64,000 bases of DNA, taken from positions 1,273 through 65,272 of the forward strand of contig VMFT01000002.1 of NCBI GenBank assembly GCA_007376195.1, in the 5' to 3' direction. This document shows, piece by piece, positions 9,673-17,676 of the stretch. This DNA comes from Parcubacteria group bacterium Gr01-1014_29 (GTDB lineage Bacteria; Patescibacteriota; Minisyncoccia; Ryanbacterales; 2-02-FULL-48-12). A model generated the notes under the pieces. That model ran no database searches. It was not told where the DNA came from and worked only from the letters and a program-made list of their open reading frames with translations. A program made the position numbers and the translations under genes. The stretch's first letter is position 1. Each line of letters begins with the position of its first letter.

Positions 9673-10267
9673 GAACAAAATTTTTCGTCATTTTCTTGAT
9701 CGCTCGCTTTCGCATGTGGTGCGCTTTAACAGCACTCCTCAGCAGTTTGGGGAATCAGTGGCGGAGCACTCGTTTTATGTTGCATATTTCACAAGCATTT
9801 TGATTTACTTTTTGCGCGAGGCAGGGGAAGAGGTGGACGAGGCGCGCGCGTTAAAAATTGCCCTTCTGCATGATGCGGAAGAGAAATTTAGCGGCGATAT
9901 TCTTACGCCGTTTAAGCATTACAACGAGGATGTGTTGCGCGCGATTCGCAAGGTAAATCAGGAGACGATCTCGTTTGTGTTTGAAGATTTACCTCCGGAT
10001 TTAAGCGCGGAATTTATCGCGTTGTGGAACGAAGATGTTAATCTTACAACCAAAGAAGCACAGATTGTCAAAACTGCCGACAAGGTATCTCTCCTCGCAA
10101 AATGTTACGAAGAAATTAAGATCGGCAACGAATTTTTCCTCCCTATTTATGAACGGGAACTGGGAAGACTCTCCGCGCTTTCATGGCCGTGGTGGCGAAA
10201 GATCAAAAAGCATATCCTTCCCCACCGCCGGACTCCCATACCGCTTCCGGTGGACCATTTGCATTAA
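9671..10267 (+). CDS. HD-domain 5'-deoxynucleotidase (YfbR-like)
   Basis: ESVAEHSF, LLHDAEE...GDI, VKTADK. Confidence 0.85.
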   Translation: MNKIFRHFLDRSLSHVVRFNSTPQQFGESVAEHSFYVAYFTSILIYFLREAGEEVDEARALKIALLHDAEEKFSGDILTPFKHYNEDVLRAIRKVNQETISFVFEDLPPDLSAEFIALWNEDVNLTTKEAQIVKTADKVSLLAKCYEEIKIGNEFFLPIYERELGRLSALSWPWWRKIKKHILPHRRTPIPLPVDHLH

Positions 10268-10362
10268 ATAAAAGCGACGATTGTTGTCACACCACTGGAG
10301 AGTTTTTGGTTTCCAAGTTTTTTCGCGGTCGCATATACTTCTTGGAAATGAGAAATAATATG

Positions 10363-10513
10363 TTAAAACCGTGAGGCACGGCTGTGTCTCGAGAATCTAT
10401 TACTTCGTCCACTGCTACCTCTGCTAGAAAAACCGCGTCCAAAAGCAGGTCGGGTACGCGTGCGCGGGCGCATTACTTTTTGAAGCGCCAGGAGCTCTTC
10501 CGAGACGCTCTCG
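10363..10513 (-). pseudogene. Displaced alternative 3' end of the DEAD-box helicase gene
   Basis: ESVSEELLALQKVMRP identical to the helicase (48-bp repeat 10466-10513 = 11909-11956), then an R/G/S-rich tail and a stop. Confidence 0.75.
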
Positions 10514-10584
10514 GGGTACAGATGCTTGACAGCAGTGGCAAGTAAGGTATATGATAAAATCATATTATAATATCATATAAATAT

Positions 10585-10806
10585 ATGACTACCTTATCTG
10601 TGCCGGTGCCGCCAAAGTTGGAGGAATTGGTAAATTCTTTGGTGAAAAGAGGGTATGGGGCAAATAAAGCGGATGTTGTGCGAAAAGCCCTCGAGCTTCT
10701 TGCGGAGGAAGAAGCCATTAAGACCGTGCGGGAAGCGCAACAGGAAGTGCGCGATGGTAAAGTGCTCAAAGGAGACATTCGCAGGCTTATCAAGAACATG
10801 CTGTAA
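10585..10806 (+). CDS. Ribbon-helix-helix antitoxin
   Basis: TLSVPVP...NKADVVRKAL; coupled to a RelE-like gene; TATATGATA/TATCATATA inverted repeat in the promoter. Confidence 0.8.
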   Translation: MTTLSVPVPPKLEELVNSLVKRGYGANKADVVRKALELLAEEEAIKTVREAQQEVRDGKVLKGDIRRLIKNML

Positions 10807-11069
10807 TGATCGGATTGCAATACGCGCCAAAGTTCTTGAAGCAGTTGAGTAAGCTGGATCCTGCTCTCCAAAAAGAGGCGTTTGCGAAGATTGAGCTCTT
10901 CAAGGACAAGAAAAACCATCAATCCCTAGAAGTACATAAGTTGCAGGGAAGGCTTTCCGGCAGCTATGCATTCTCGGTCAATTACAAAGATCGGATTGTT
11001 TTTGATTATGTTTCAAAAAGCGAGGCTGTTTTGCTTGCTATCGGGGATCATGATGTTTATAAAAAGTAA
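10806..11069 (+). CDS. RelE/ParE-family toxin
   Basis: HKLQG...YAFSVNYKDRIVF...IGDHDVY. Confidence 0.85.
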   Translation: MIGLQYAPKFLKQLSKLDPALQKEAFAKIELFKDKKNHQSLEVHKLQGRLSGSYAFSVNYKDRIVFDYVSKSEAVLLAIGDHDVYKK

Positions 11070-11180
11070 TGAACTAGATTGTTTATCAGTGTGTATAAAC
11101 ACGCTTTTCTGTTGCATCTCGGCTGTTTTTATGGTATCTTCTTTGTGAACTACACAGAATAAATTTATAGGAGGTGCATA

Positions 11181-11672
11181 ATGGTAGTCATTGTTGTCAA
11201 AGATAATCGTCCGTTGAAGTTCGCGGTTGCTGTTGTAATTAGAAGTATAGATCGGAAAATGCTTTTTGTTGTACAACGGCCTCCCGACGATGATGAGTTT
11301 CCCGACATGTGGGGATTGCCTTCCGCAAGTGCGAAGCGTGGTGAGCTTCCCGAAGAAGTTGTGCGGCGCATTGGACGCGAAAAGCTCAATGTAGAACTCA
11401 CGCCGAATTGGTTTCTTGGCGTAAAATATGCCGAGCGAACTAATTACAAACTCATCTTGATGGATATGTGCGCTGACATTGCGGAAGGTGCTCTGAATGT
11501 CCGAATTGCAAACGTTCGCAACCGCGCAGTACCTGGTACAAAGTATGTTGACTGGCGGTGGGTGGAGGGTCTGGACATTCTCAAAGAAGCCGCGTCGCGC
11601 GGTTCCATCTGTTCGCAGATTCTTCTGGAGTATGAAGGTGTGGACTACCCAGACAAGAGGCACTTTAATTGA
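11181..11672 (+). CDS. NUDIX hydrolase
   Basis: WGLPS...GELPEEVVRRIGREKL Nudix box; AGGAGG SD. Confidence 0.8.
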   Translation: MVVIVVKDNRPLKFAVAVVIRSIDRKMLFVVQRPPDDDEFPDMWGLPSASAKRGELPEEVVRRIGREKLNVELTPNWFLGVKYAERTNYKLILMDMCADIAEGALNVRIANVRNRAVPGTKYVDWRWVEGLDILKEAASRGSICSQILLEYEGVDYPDKRHFN

Positions 11673-11772
11673 TATCGTTTCCAGCCCCCACGCTCATTTG
11701 AGTGTCGGGGCGTTTTCTTTTTCTACGCTCTTGCCGGTTGGCGGATTTTTTCGTGTTGTATGCTATGTCAAA

Positions 11773-12993
11773 TTATCTATGAGGGTTGGTTCGGGGCGCG
11801 CGGTTGGTTCTTACGAATGGGCGCGGGCCGCCGCTTCGAGGTGAGAAACTGCGCTGTGTCGGCCAGCTGGCGGATTGCTGATGTCTGCTTGTGCGCCCGC
11901 GCGGACGGGGGCGCATTACTTTTTGAAGCGCCAGGAGCTCTTCCGAGACGCTCTCGTGGCGTTTTACCAGAAGTGTTTTACGGATAAGGCGCTCAATAGC
12001 GCGAATTTCTCCTTGCTGGTCGGGGGTGGCCAGAGATATTGCCTTACCCTCCCTACCCGCGCGGCCCGTGCGCCCGATGCGGTGCACGTAGTCTTCAGAG
12101 CTTTCGGGTATGTCAAAATTTACCACTAACTCAATATTGACGACGTTGATGCCACGCGCGGCTATGTCAGTAGCCACAAGCACGCGATATTTTCCTTTTT
12201 TGAACCCTTCCAGCGCTTCACGGCGCTGGCCCATTGTTTTGTTTGAGTGTATTTCTACAGCACGTTCCCCAATGTCGCGGAGGTGCCGCGCGAGCTTTGA
12301 TGCGCCATGTTTTGTGCGCGAGAATATCAGAATGGTGCCCGCATGTTCCCGGAGAAGCGTTTCAAGGAGGGAAATTTTTGACTCCTTTTTTACTATATAT
12401 ATTTCCTGCTCTGTCGCTTCTATGGTGGTGCCCGCGGGCGCGACCTCAACTCGTACAGGGAGCGTCATGTGACGTGTGGCAATGGATACGATGGTATCCG
12501 GCATGGTTGCAGAAAACAGCATGGTTTGGCGCTTGCCTGGCTCCGGCAAGGCTTCAAAGATGATGCGTATTTGCGGAGCAAAGCCCATGTCAAACATGCG
12601 GTCGGCTTCGTCAAGAACCAGAATGGTTATGTTGCCAAGCGAGACAGTTTTTTCTCCAAGATGGTCAATGAGACGTCCGGGAGTCGCGATAATAATGTGA
12701 GGGCCTTGCCGCAGCTGGTCAATTTGACGCGGCATGGATTCGCCTCCTATGAGTACTGCGGTGCGAAGTCCCAGCGGATGCCCGATTTTCTGAAGCATAT
12801 CGTTTACTTGCAAGGCAAGTTCGCGCGTGGGGAGCACCACGAGCCCGCGTGCGCGGTGCTCTGCGATGCGTTGAATCATAGGTATGCCGAAGGCAAGGGT
12901 CTTGCCGGTGCCGGTCTGCGCGATGCCGATAATGTCTTTTCCTTCGATTGCCGCAGGAATAGATTGGTGTTGAATGGGGGTTTCTTGTGTCAT
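11773..12993 (-). CDS. DEAD-box RNA helicase (RhlE-like) with N-terminally shortened Q motif
   Basis: TPIQ, AQTGTGKT, PTRELA, DEAD, SAT, HRIGRTGR; ATG at 12993. Confidence 0.9.
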   Translation of the reverse strand: MTQETPIQHQSIPAAIEGKDIIGIAQTGTGKTLAFGIPMIQRIAEHRARGLVVLPTRELALQVNDMLQKIGHPLGLRTAVLIGGESMPRQIDQLRQGPHIIIATPGRLIDHLGEKTVSLGNITILVLDEADRMFDMGFAPQIRIIFEALPEPGKRQTMLFSATMPDTIVSIATRHMTLPVRVEVAPAGTTIEATEQEIYIVKKESKISLLETLLREHAGTILIFSRTKHGASKLARHLRDIGERAVEIHSNKTMGQRREALEGFKKGKYRVLVATDIAARGINVVNIELVVNFDIPESSEDYVHRIGRTGRAGREGKAISLATPDQQGEIRAIERLIRKTLLVKRHESVSEELLALQKVMRPRPRGRTSRHQQSASWPTQRSFSPRSGGPRPFVRTNRAPRTNPHR

Positions 12994-13076
12994 ACATGTG
13001 TGACCCGATTTCCTTTCGTGGGTCACACATCTTGCGAGAGATGACACAAATAAGGCGCGAGTCTTTAATAAAAGCA

Positions 13077-13105
13077 ATTATACCACATTCATATATATTT
13101 TGCAA
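13077..13105 (-). promoter_or_regulatory. Sigma70 promoter of the helicase
   Basis: TTGCAA-17 bp-TATAAT on the minus strand. Confidence 0.7.
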
Positions 13106-13148
13106 GGACTGATGGCTGGGGCCTTTTTGATATACTATAAATGGTACC

Positions 13149-14270
13149 ATGTTTGGTTTCGATAAAGAAAAATTCCAATATATTTTTGACCGCTACGAGC
13201 GGTGGGCGTTTTCAGGTTCCATGCTTTTGGGGTTTATTGTGGATAGCCTCACGCTTACTCGTATTGATTTATTGTTTGATAATCTTGTTCTCTTTTTTTA
13301 TCTCGCGGTTGCCGTTGTGGGCATTGTGATAACTAACCTATACGACACCGGTGTATGGCGGGGAACGCCCGACGGCGTGCGATTGCTGCATCGCATTCCT
13401 TCCTACGCGCGGATGGTGTCGCCCTTTTTGATGCAGTATGCCTTTGGAGGGCTTCTTTCCGGTTTTTTCGTGTTTTACTCGCGCGGCGCATCGTTTTCCG
13501 CCAGCGGACTGTTTTTAGCTCTATTGTTCGGACTTCTGGTGGGAAACGAATTTTTTAGAACGCGGTATCAGCAATTTACGTTTCAGGTAAGTATTCTCTT
13601 TTTTGTTTTGTATTCCTATATGATTTTCTTTATTCCCATTGTGGTAGGCGCCATGGGCGCGTGGGTATTTCTCGCGAGCGGAGCAGTAAGCATCGGCGGC
13701 ATGGGTTTCTTGCTCTATGGTTTTTCTTGTCTTATGCCTACCACGCGCCAGCAGCTTCGTACGGCTGTAGCCGGAAGCATCGGCGGGATATTTCTCGTTA
13801 TGAATGCCCTGTATTTTCTCAATATTCTTCCGCCACTACCCCTTTCCCTTAAAGAAGCAGAGGTGTATCACGAGGTTCGGCGCGTGGCTGGCGGGTATCG
13901 GGTTATGGGTGAAGATCAGCCATGGTACGCGTTCCTGCTACCGCGTAAAACGGTACACCTTATTCCGGGGAATCCCGTTTACTTTTACAGCGCCGTATTT
14001 GCACCTACGCGGCTCGCCCAAACCCGCATTATCCACCATTGGCAGTATTTTGATGAAAAAAAAGACGCATGGATAAGCCGTTCACGCATTGAGTTTCCAA
14101 TTGCAGGCGGCCGGGATGGCGGGTATCGCGGCTATTCGCAAAAAACAAACGTGGAGCCGGGTTTATGGCGGGTGCGCGTGGAGACAACACGAGGACAAGT
14201 GTTGGGGCAAAAGAGCTTTTGGGTGGAGCGGGTGGCAGAATCACCTGCATTAGTAGAACAAATATTTTAA
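13149..14270 (+). CDS. Multi-TM membrane protein with DUF2914-like C-terminal domain
   Basis: About 7 TM segments; SAVFAP...HHWQ...GGRDGGYRGYS...GLWRVRVET. Confidence 0.75.
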   Translation: MFGFDKEKFQYIFDRYERWAFSGSMLLGFIVDSLTLTRIDLLFDNLVLFFYLAVAVVGIVITNLYDTGVWRGTPDGVRLLHRIPSYARMVSPFLMQYAFGGLLSGFFVFYSRGASFSASGLFLALLFGLLVGNEFFRTRYQQFTFQVSILFFVLYSYMIFFIPIVVGAMGAWVFLASGAVSIGGMGFLLYGFSCLMPTTRQQLRTAVAGSIGGIFLVMNALYFLNILPPLPLSLKEAEVYHEVRRVAGGYRVMGEDQPWYAFLLPRKTVHLIPGNPVYFYSAVFAPTRLAQTRIIHHWQYFDEKKDAWISRSRIEFPIAGGRDGGYRGYSQKTNVEPGLWRVRVETTRGQVLGQKSFWVERVAESPALVEQIF

Positions 14271-14299
14271 AATGTTCAAAGCTAAGCTTTGAACATTTT
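14269..14299. repeat. 15-bp perfect inverted repeat
   Basis: AAAATGTTCAAAGCT-A-AGCTTTGAACATTTT. Confidence 0.75.
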
Positions 14300-14309
14300 T
14301 GTCTTATGT

Positions 14310-14921
14310 ATGTTCGGATTTGATAAGGAAGAACTCAAACTTTTGCGCTTGCTCCGTACGCCGCGCGCGGTGCAGGATTATTTAGATACAGTCCCCATGA
14401 ATTTTGAACAGATGGGTGACACGTTGTTATCGCCGCGCCGCGTTATGCGCGAGAAAAAAGCGCACTGCATGGAAGGCGCGCTTTTTGCGGCAGCCGCGTT
14501 TTGGGTGCGGGGGAGAGAGCCGTTACTACTTGATTTGTGTACCACGCGCGAAGATGATGACCATGTAGTGGCGCTTTTCAAGGAACGCGGACGATGGGGC
14601 GCGGTAAGCAAAACAAACCACGCCGTATTGCGGTGGCGCGAGCCGATTTTTAAGAGTGTTCACGCACTCGCGGCTTCCTATTTTCATGAATATTTTTTGG
14701 ATGATGGCAAGCGGACTCTTCGCGCGTACTCGCGGCCGTTTGATCTTTCGACGCGAAAGTTTGCGGGGTGGACAGTTGCCGAAAACGATTTATGGCACCT
14801 TTCAAAAGCGCTTGATGCCGCGCGGCATTATTCTTTGGTACCGCGGGGTAACTTTCGCCACGCGCGTCTCGCGGACAGTCTTGAGATTGAAGCGGGAAAA
14901 ATAACAGAATGGAAAGTCTGA
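14310..14921 (+). CDS. Hypothetical protein, transglutaminase-like fold
   Basis: AHCMEGALFAA, DDDHVVALF. Confidence 0.6.
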   Translation: MFGFDKEELKLLRLLRTPRAVQDYLDTVPMNFEQMGDTLLSPRRVMREKKAHCMEGALFAAAAFWVRGREPLLLDLCTTREDDDHVVALFKERGRWGAVSKTNHAVLRWREPIFKSVHALAASYFHEYFLDDGKRTLRAYSRPFDLSTRKFAGWTVAENDLWHLSKALDAARHYSLVPRGNFRHARLADSLEIEAGKITEWKV

Positions 14922-14997
14922 ACGCAAGTTGTTGTTGCTTTTATTGATAGTTTTTGGTACATTCATATGAAATAAACCCGAGAGAAGGAGGCAATAA

Positions 14998-16437
14998 ATG
15001 AAACGGAATGAGTTTTTTCAACAACGCGAGGGTCGTTCTTTGAAACCAGATGATATAACACTTAACACAAAGTTTGTTGAATTTGTTCCCAAGCAGATTT
15101 CCCTGGCCACGCGTTTTTCGCGGAATGTTACGCTCAAGGTGCCGCTGGTGAGCGCCGCTATGGATACGGTCACAGAGGCGCGTATGGCTATTGCCATGGC
15201 TCGGTGGGGTGGCATGGGCATTATTCATCGCAATCTTACTCCACACAAACAAGCCGAAGAAGTAGACCGCGTGAAGAATGCCTGTAAATTCGGCCTCATA
15301 GAACAGCCAATCTGCGTTTTTGAAGACGAAACAGTAGAGAGTATCGATCGGCGTCGTGAAGAGAAGCAATACCACTTCCATAGTTTTTTGGTGATTGAAA
15401 GATTGATAGGGAGGCTTGTTGGGGTCTTTACAGGCCAGGATCGTCGGTTTTGCAAATCTCTTGCAGTGCAAGTTCGGGAAGTTATGACTAGGAACCCGGT
15501 GACTGGTATATTTGGAGATACTACCGTGGTGCAGGCGTTTGAAAAGATGCGCGAAAAGAAAATCAAAGTGTTGCCGCTTATAAGTACCCTCGGCACTGTT
15601 AGAGGGCTTTGGACACTTGCCGATGTGGAGCGTATGCTTGCGCAATCAGTACCGGACAATTTTGGGAGTGATGGACGCTACCAAGTAGCGGCGGCAATCG
15701 GTCTTCTTGGTGTAGATAAAGACACCGAGGAGCGTGTGGCTTTGCTTGTTGACAAGCATGTTGACGTCCTGAAGATAGATATGGCGCACGCAGGAACTGC
15801 CGCGGCAGTTGAGACAGTTAAATGGATCAAATGTATCTATCCGGTGGACGTTGTTCCTGGCAATGTGTCGGAAGAAAGTGCTACACGGCACCTACTTGAA
15901 GCTGGCGCTGATGGTATTATGGTAGGCCAAAGTCCGGGATCTGTGTGTAAGAGTAAGCAAGTCAAAGGAACAGGTCTTGCATTGGCAACAGCGGTGTACA
16001 AGTGTGCACAGATCACCGAGAAATGTGATGTTCCGCTTGGCGCAGACGGTGGATTGTGGCATCCAGGCGATATAGTCAAAGTGTTAGCAATCGGGGCTAG
16101 TTTTGCGGTTTGCGGCAGGAGGTTTGCTGGCACCGAAGAATCGCCGGGTGATGTGATAGAGGACGAAGAGACAGGGCTTCGAAAAAAATTGTACCGTGGC
16201 ATGGGATCGCTTGGTGCTATGCGCGACCGTATGAACATGGGATCACGCGAGCGGTATTTGCAGAACGATATGGAAGAATTGGTGGCAGAGGGGTTTGAAA
16301 CGGAGGTGCCCTATGTGGGACCTGCTGAAAAGATTACCAAGACACTCGCTGGCGGTATTCGGAAAGGCATGTTTGAGATAGGCGCTTACGATATACCTTC
16401 CCTGCGAATCGAAGCGGACTTTTACGAGGAGCAATAA
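14998..16437 (+). CDS. guaB: Divergent IMP dehydrogenase-family protein with CBS domains
   Basis: SAAMDTVTE, GGMGIIH, PGSVC (catalytic Cys), ADGG, YRGMGS, AEG. Confidence 0.75.
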   Translation: MKRNEFFQQREGRSLKPDDITLNTKFVEFVPKQISLATRFSRNVTLKVPLVSAAMDTVTEARMAIAMARWGGMGIIHRNLTPHKQAEEVDRVKNACKFGLIEQPICVFEDETVESIDRRREEKQYHFHSFLVIERLIGRLVGVFTGQDRRFCKSLAVQVREVMTRNPVTGIFGDTTVVQAFEKMREKKIKVLPLISTLGTVRGLWTLADVERMLAQSVPDNFGSDGRYQVAAAIGLLGVDKDTEERVALLVDKHVDVLKIDMAHAGTAAAVETVKWIKCIYPVDVVPGNVSEESATRHLLEAGADGIMVGQSPGSVCKSKQVKGTGLALATAVYKCAQITEKCDVPLGADGGLWHPGDIVKVLAIGASFAVCGRRFAGTEESPGDVIEDEETGLRKKLYRGMGSLGAMRDRMNMGSRERYLQNDMEELVAEGFETEVPYVGPAEKITKTLAGGIRKGMFEIGAYDIPSLRIEADFYEEQ

Positions 16438-16868
16438 TGGAAAACACACAAATCCACGATGACTTGCGTGCGGTGGCGCAATATGTTGAGACCGCTCTTA
16501 TGTATAAATCTTTCGTGCCAGGAGAGCCTCCCAAAGCGCTCAACCGTGTGTGGGCACTTTTCAAAAAATCGGTTGAGGAACGCACAATACCGATATCACC
16601 CGACGGGCTTACCGTACCCGAATGGTCCACCGACCCGTTATTAGTCGTCTTGAGACACCTCTACCATCTGGTACCCAACAAGGAGACACCGCTTTCATTT
16701 TTGGCCGTGTTTCGCTTTTTAAATTCCCTCGGCCGGCAGGAGGAGATTATATATCATGTAGATGCGGAAACCGGTCGCGAGCTTTTGGGGGTACTGAAGC
16801 GGTTGCAGGATGAGGATTTTGTTTTTGGCATTGTATGTGCCAGGTGCGGGATTTTTCTCGGCAGATAA
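16437..16868 (+). CDS. Hypothetical protein
   Basis: TAATG translational coupling to the guaB-like gene. Confidence 0.6.
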   Translation: MENTQIHDDLRAVAQYVETALMYKSFVPGEPPKALNRVWALFKKSVEERTIPISPDGLTVPEWSTDPLLVVLRHLYHLVPNKETPLSFLAVFRFLNSLGRQEEIIYHVDAETGRELLGVLKRLQDEDFVFGIVCARCGIFLGR

Positions 16869-16963
16869 GTAGTAAGGAAATTTGCACTTGTATCCGCTTG
16901 GAGTTTTATGCTTCAAGCGGTTTTTCTTTAACTCGATAATTCTAAACGTGGTACTATAGATGC

Positions 16964-17428
16964 ATGGGGGAGTCTTTTGTTCACACATGTGACAGGAAGG
17001 TTATTAAAATCATACGGCAGCTTGCCATACCAATGGGGCGTGTGTCGTTGTTTGTCGTGTTTTTCTGGTTTGGGTTTCTAAAACTGCTTGGTGCAAGTCC
17101 TGCGGGTTCTCTTGTGAATGACCTTCTTGGTAAAACCATGCCATTTTGGCCGTTTGAGAGCTTTATGGTGTTTCTGGGCATCTTGGAAATGCTGGTAGGC
17201 ATCGCGTTTTTAATCGAGGGATGGGAACGTTTTGCGATTGCGCTTATGGCGCCGCATATGATCGTTACCTTTCTCCCGTTTATTCTATTACCAGAGGTGG
17301 TGTGGTATACGTTTTTAACACCAACATTAGAAGGGCAGTATATCATAAAGAACCTCGTGGTAATCGCGTTGGCGCTTAGTTTGGGGGCACGCTTGCAGCC
17401 GATCGGCGCGCCGCGCCGAGGCCGCTAA
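16964..17428 (+). CDS. DoxX-like membrane protein
   Basis: VFFWFGFLK...SPA...TLEGQYIIKN. Confidence 0.7.
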   Translation: MGESFVHTCDRKVIKIIRQLAIPMGRVSLFVVFFWFGFLKLLGASPAGSLVNDLLGKTMPFWPFESFMVFLGILEMLVGIAFLIEGWERFAIALMAPHMIVTFLPFILLPEVVWYTFLTPTLEGQYIIKNLVVIALALSLGARLQPIGAPRRGR

Positions 17429-17523
17429 AATTGTTGTCCACAGGTTCTTACCGAGTTTGCTCGGTTTTTTTGTTGCGCGGATTTTTATTGCGCGAAGGAG
17501 TAGTGTAGAATACGTCTACTGGT

Positions 17524-17601
17524 AAAAATCCCCCTTCATCCCCCTTTTCCAAAGGGGGACATACGCTCCTCCCTTTGGAAAAGGGAGGTTAGGAGGGATT
17601 T
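17524..17601. repeat. REP-like double hairpin (CCCCTT..AAGGGG family)
   Basis: Second copy with swapped halves at 29529-29617. Confidence 0.75.
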
Positions 17602-17676
17602 CGTAATTCAAAGTAGTTTTCTATCAACTAATGTCCAGCCGCAGCAAGATATGTTGCGGGTGTGTTGTCAGGCACC

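Noticed and set aside
17625-17662. NrdR boxes upstream of nrdA
   Set aside because: Only a loose resemblance (GCAAGATATGTTGC); not supportable without a matrix scan.
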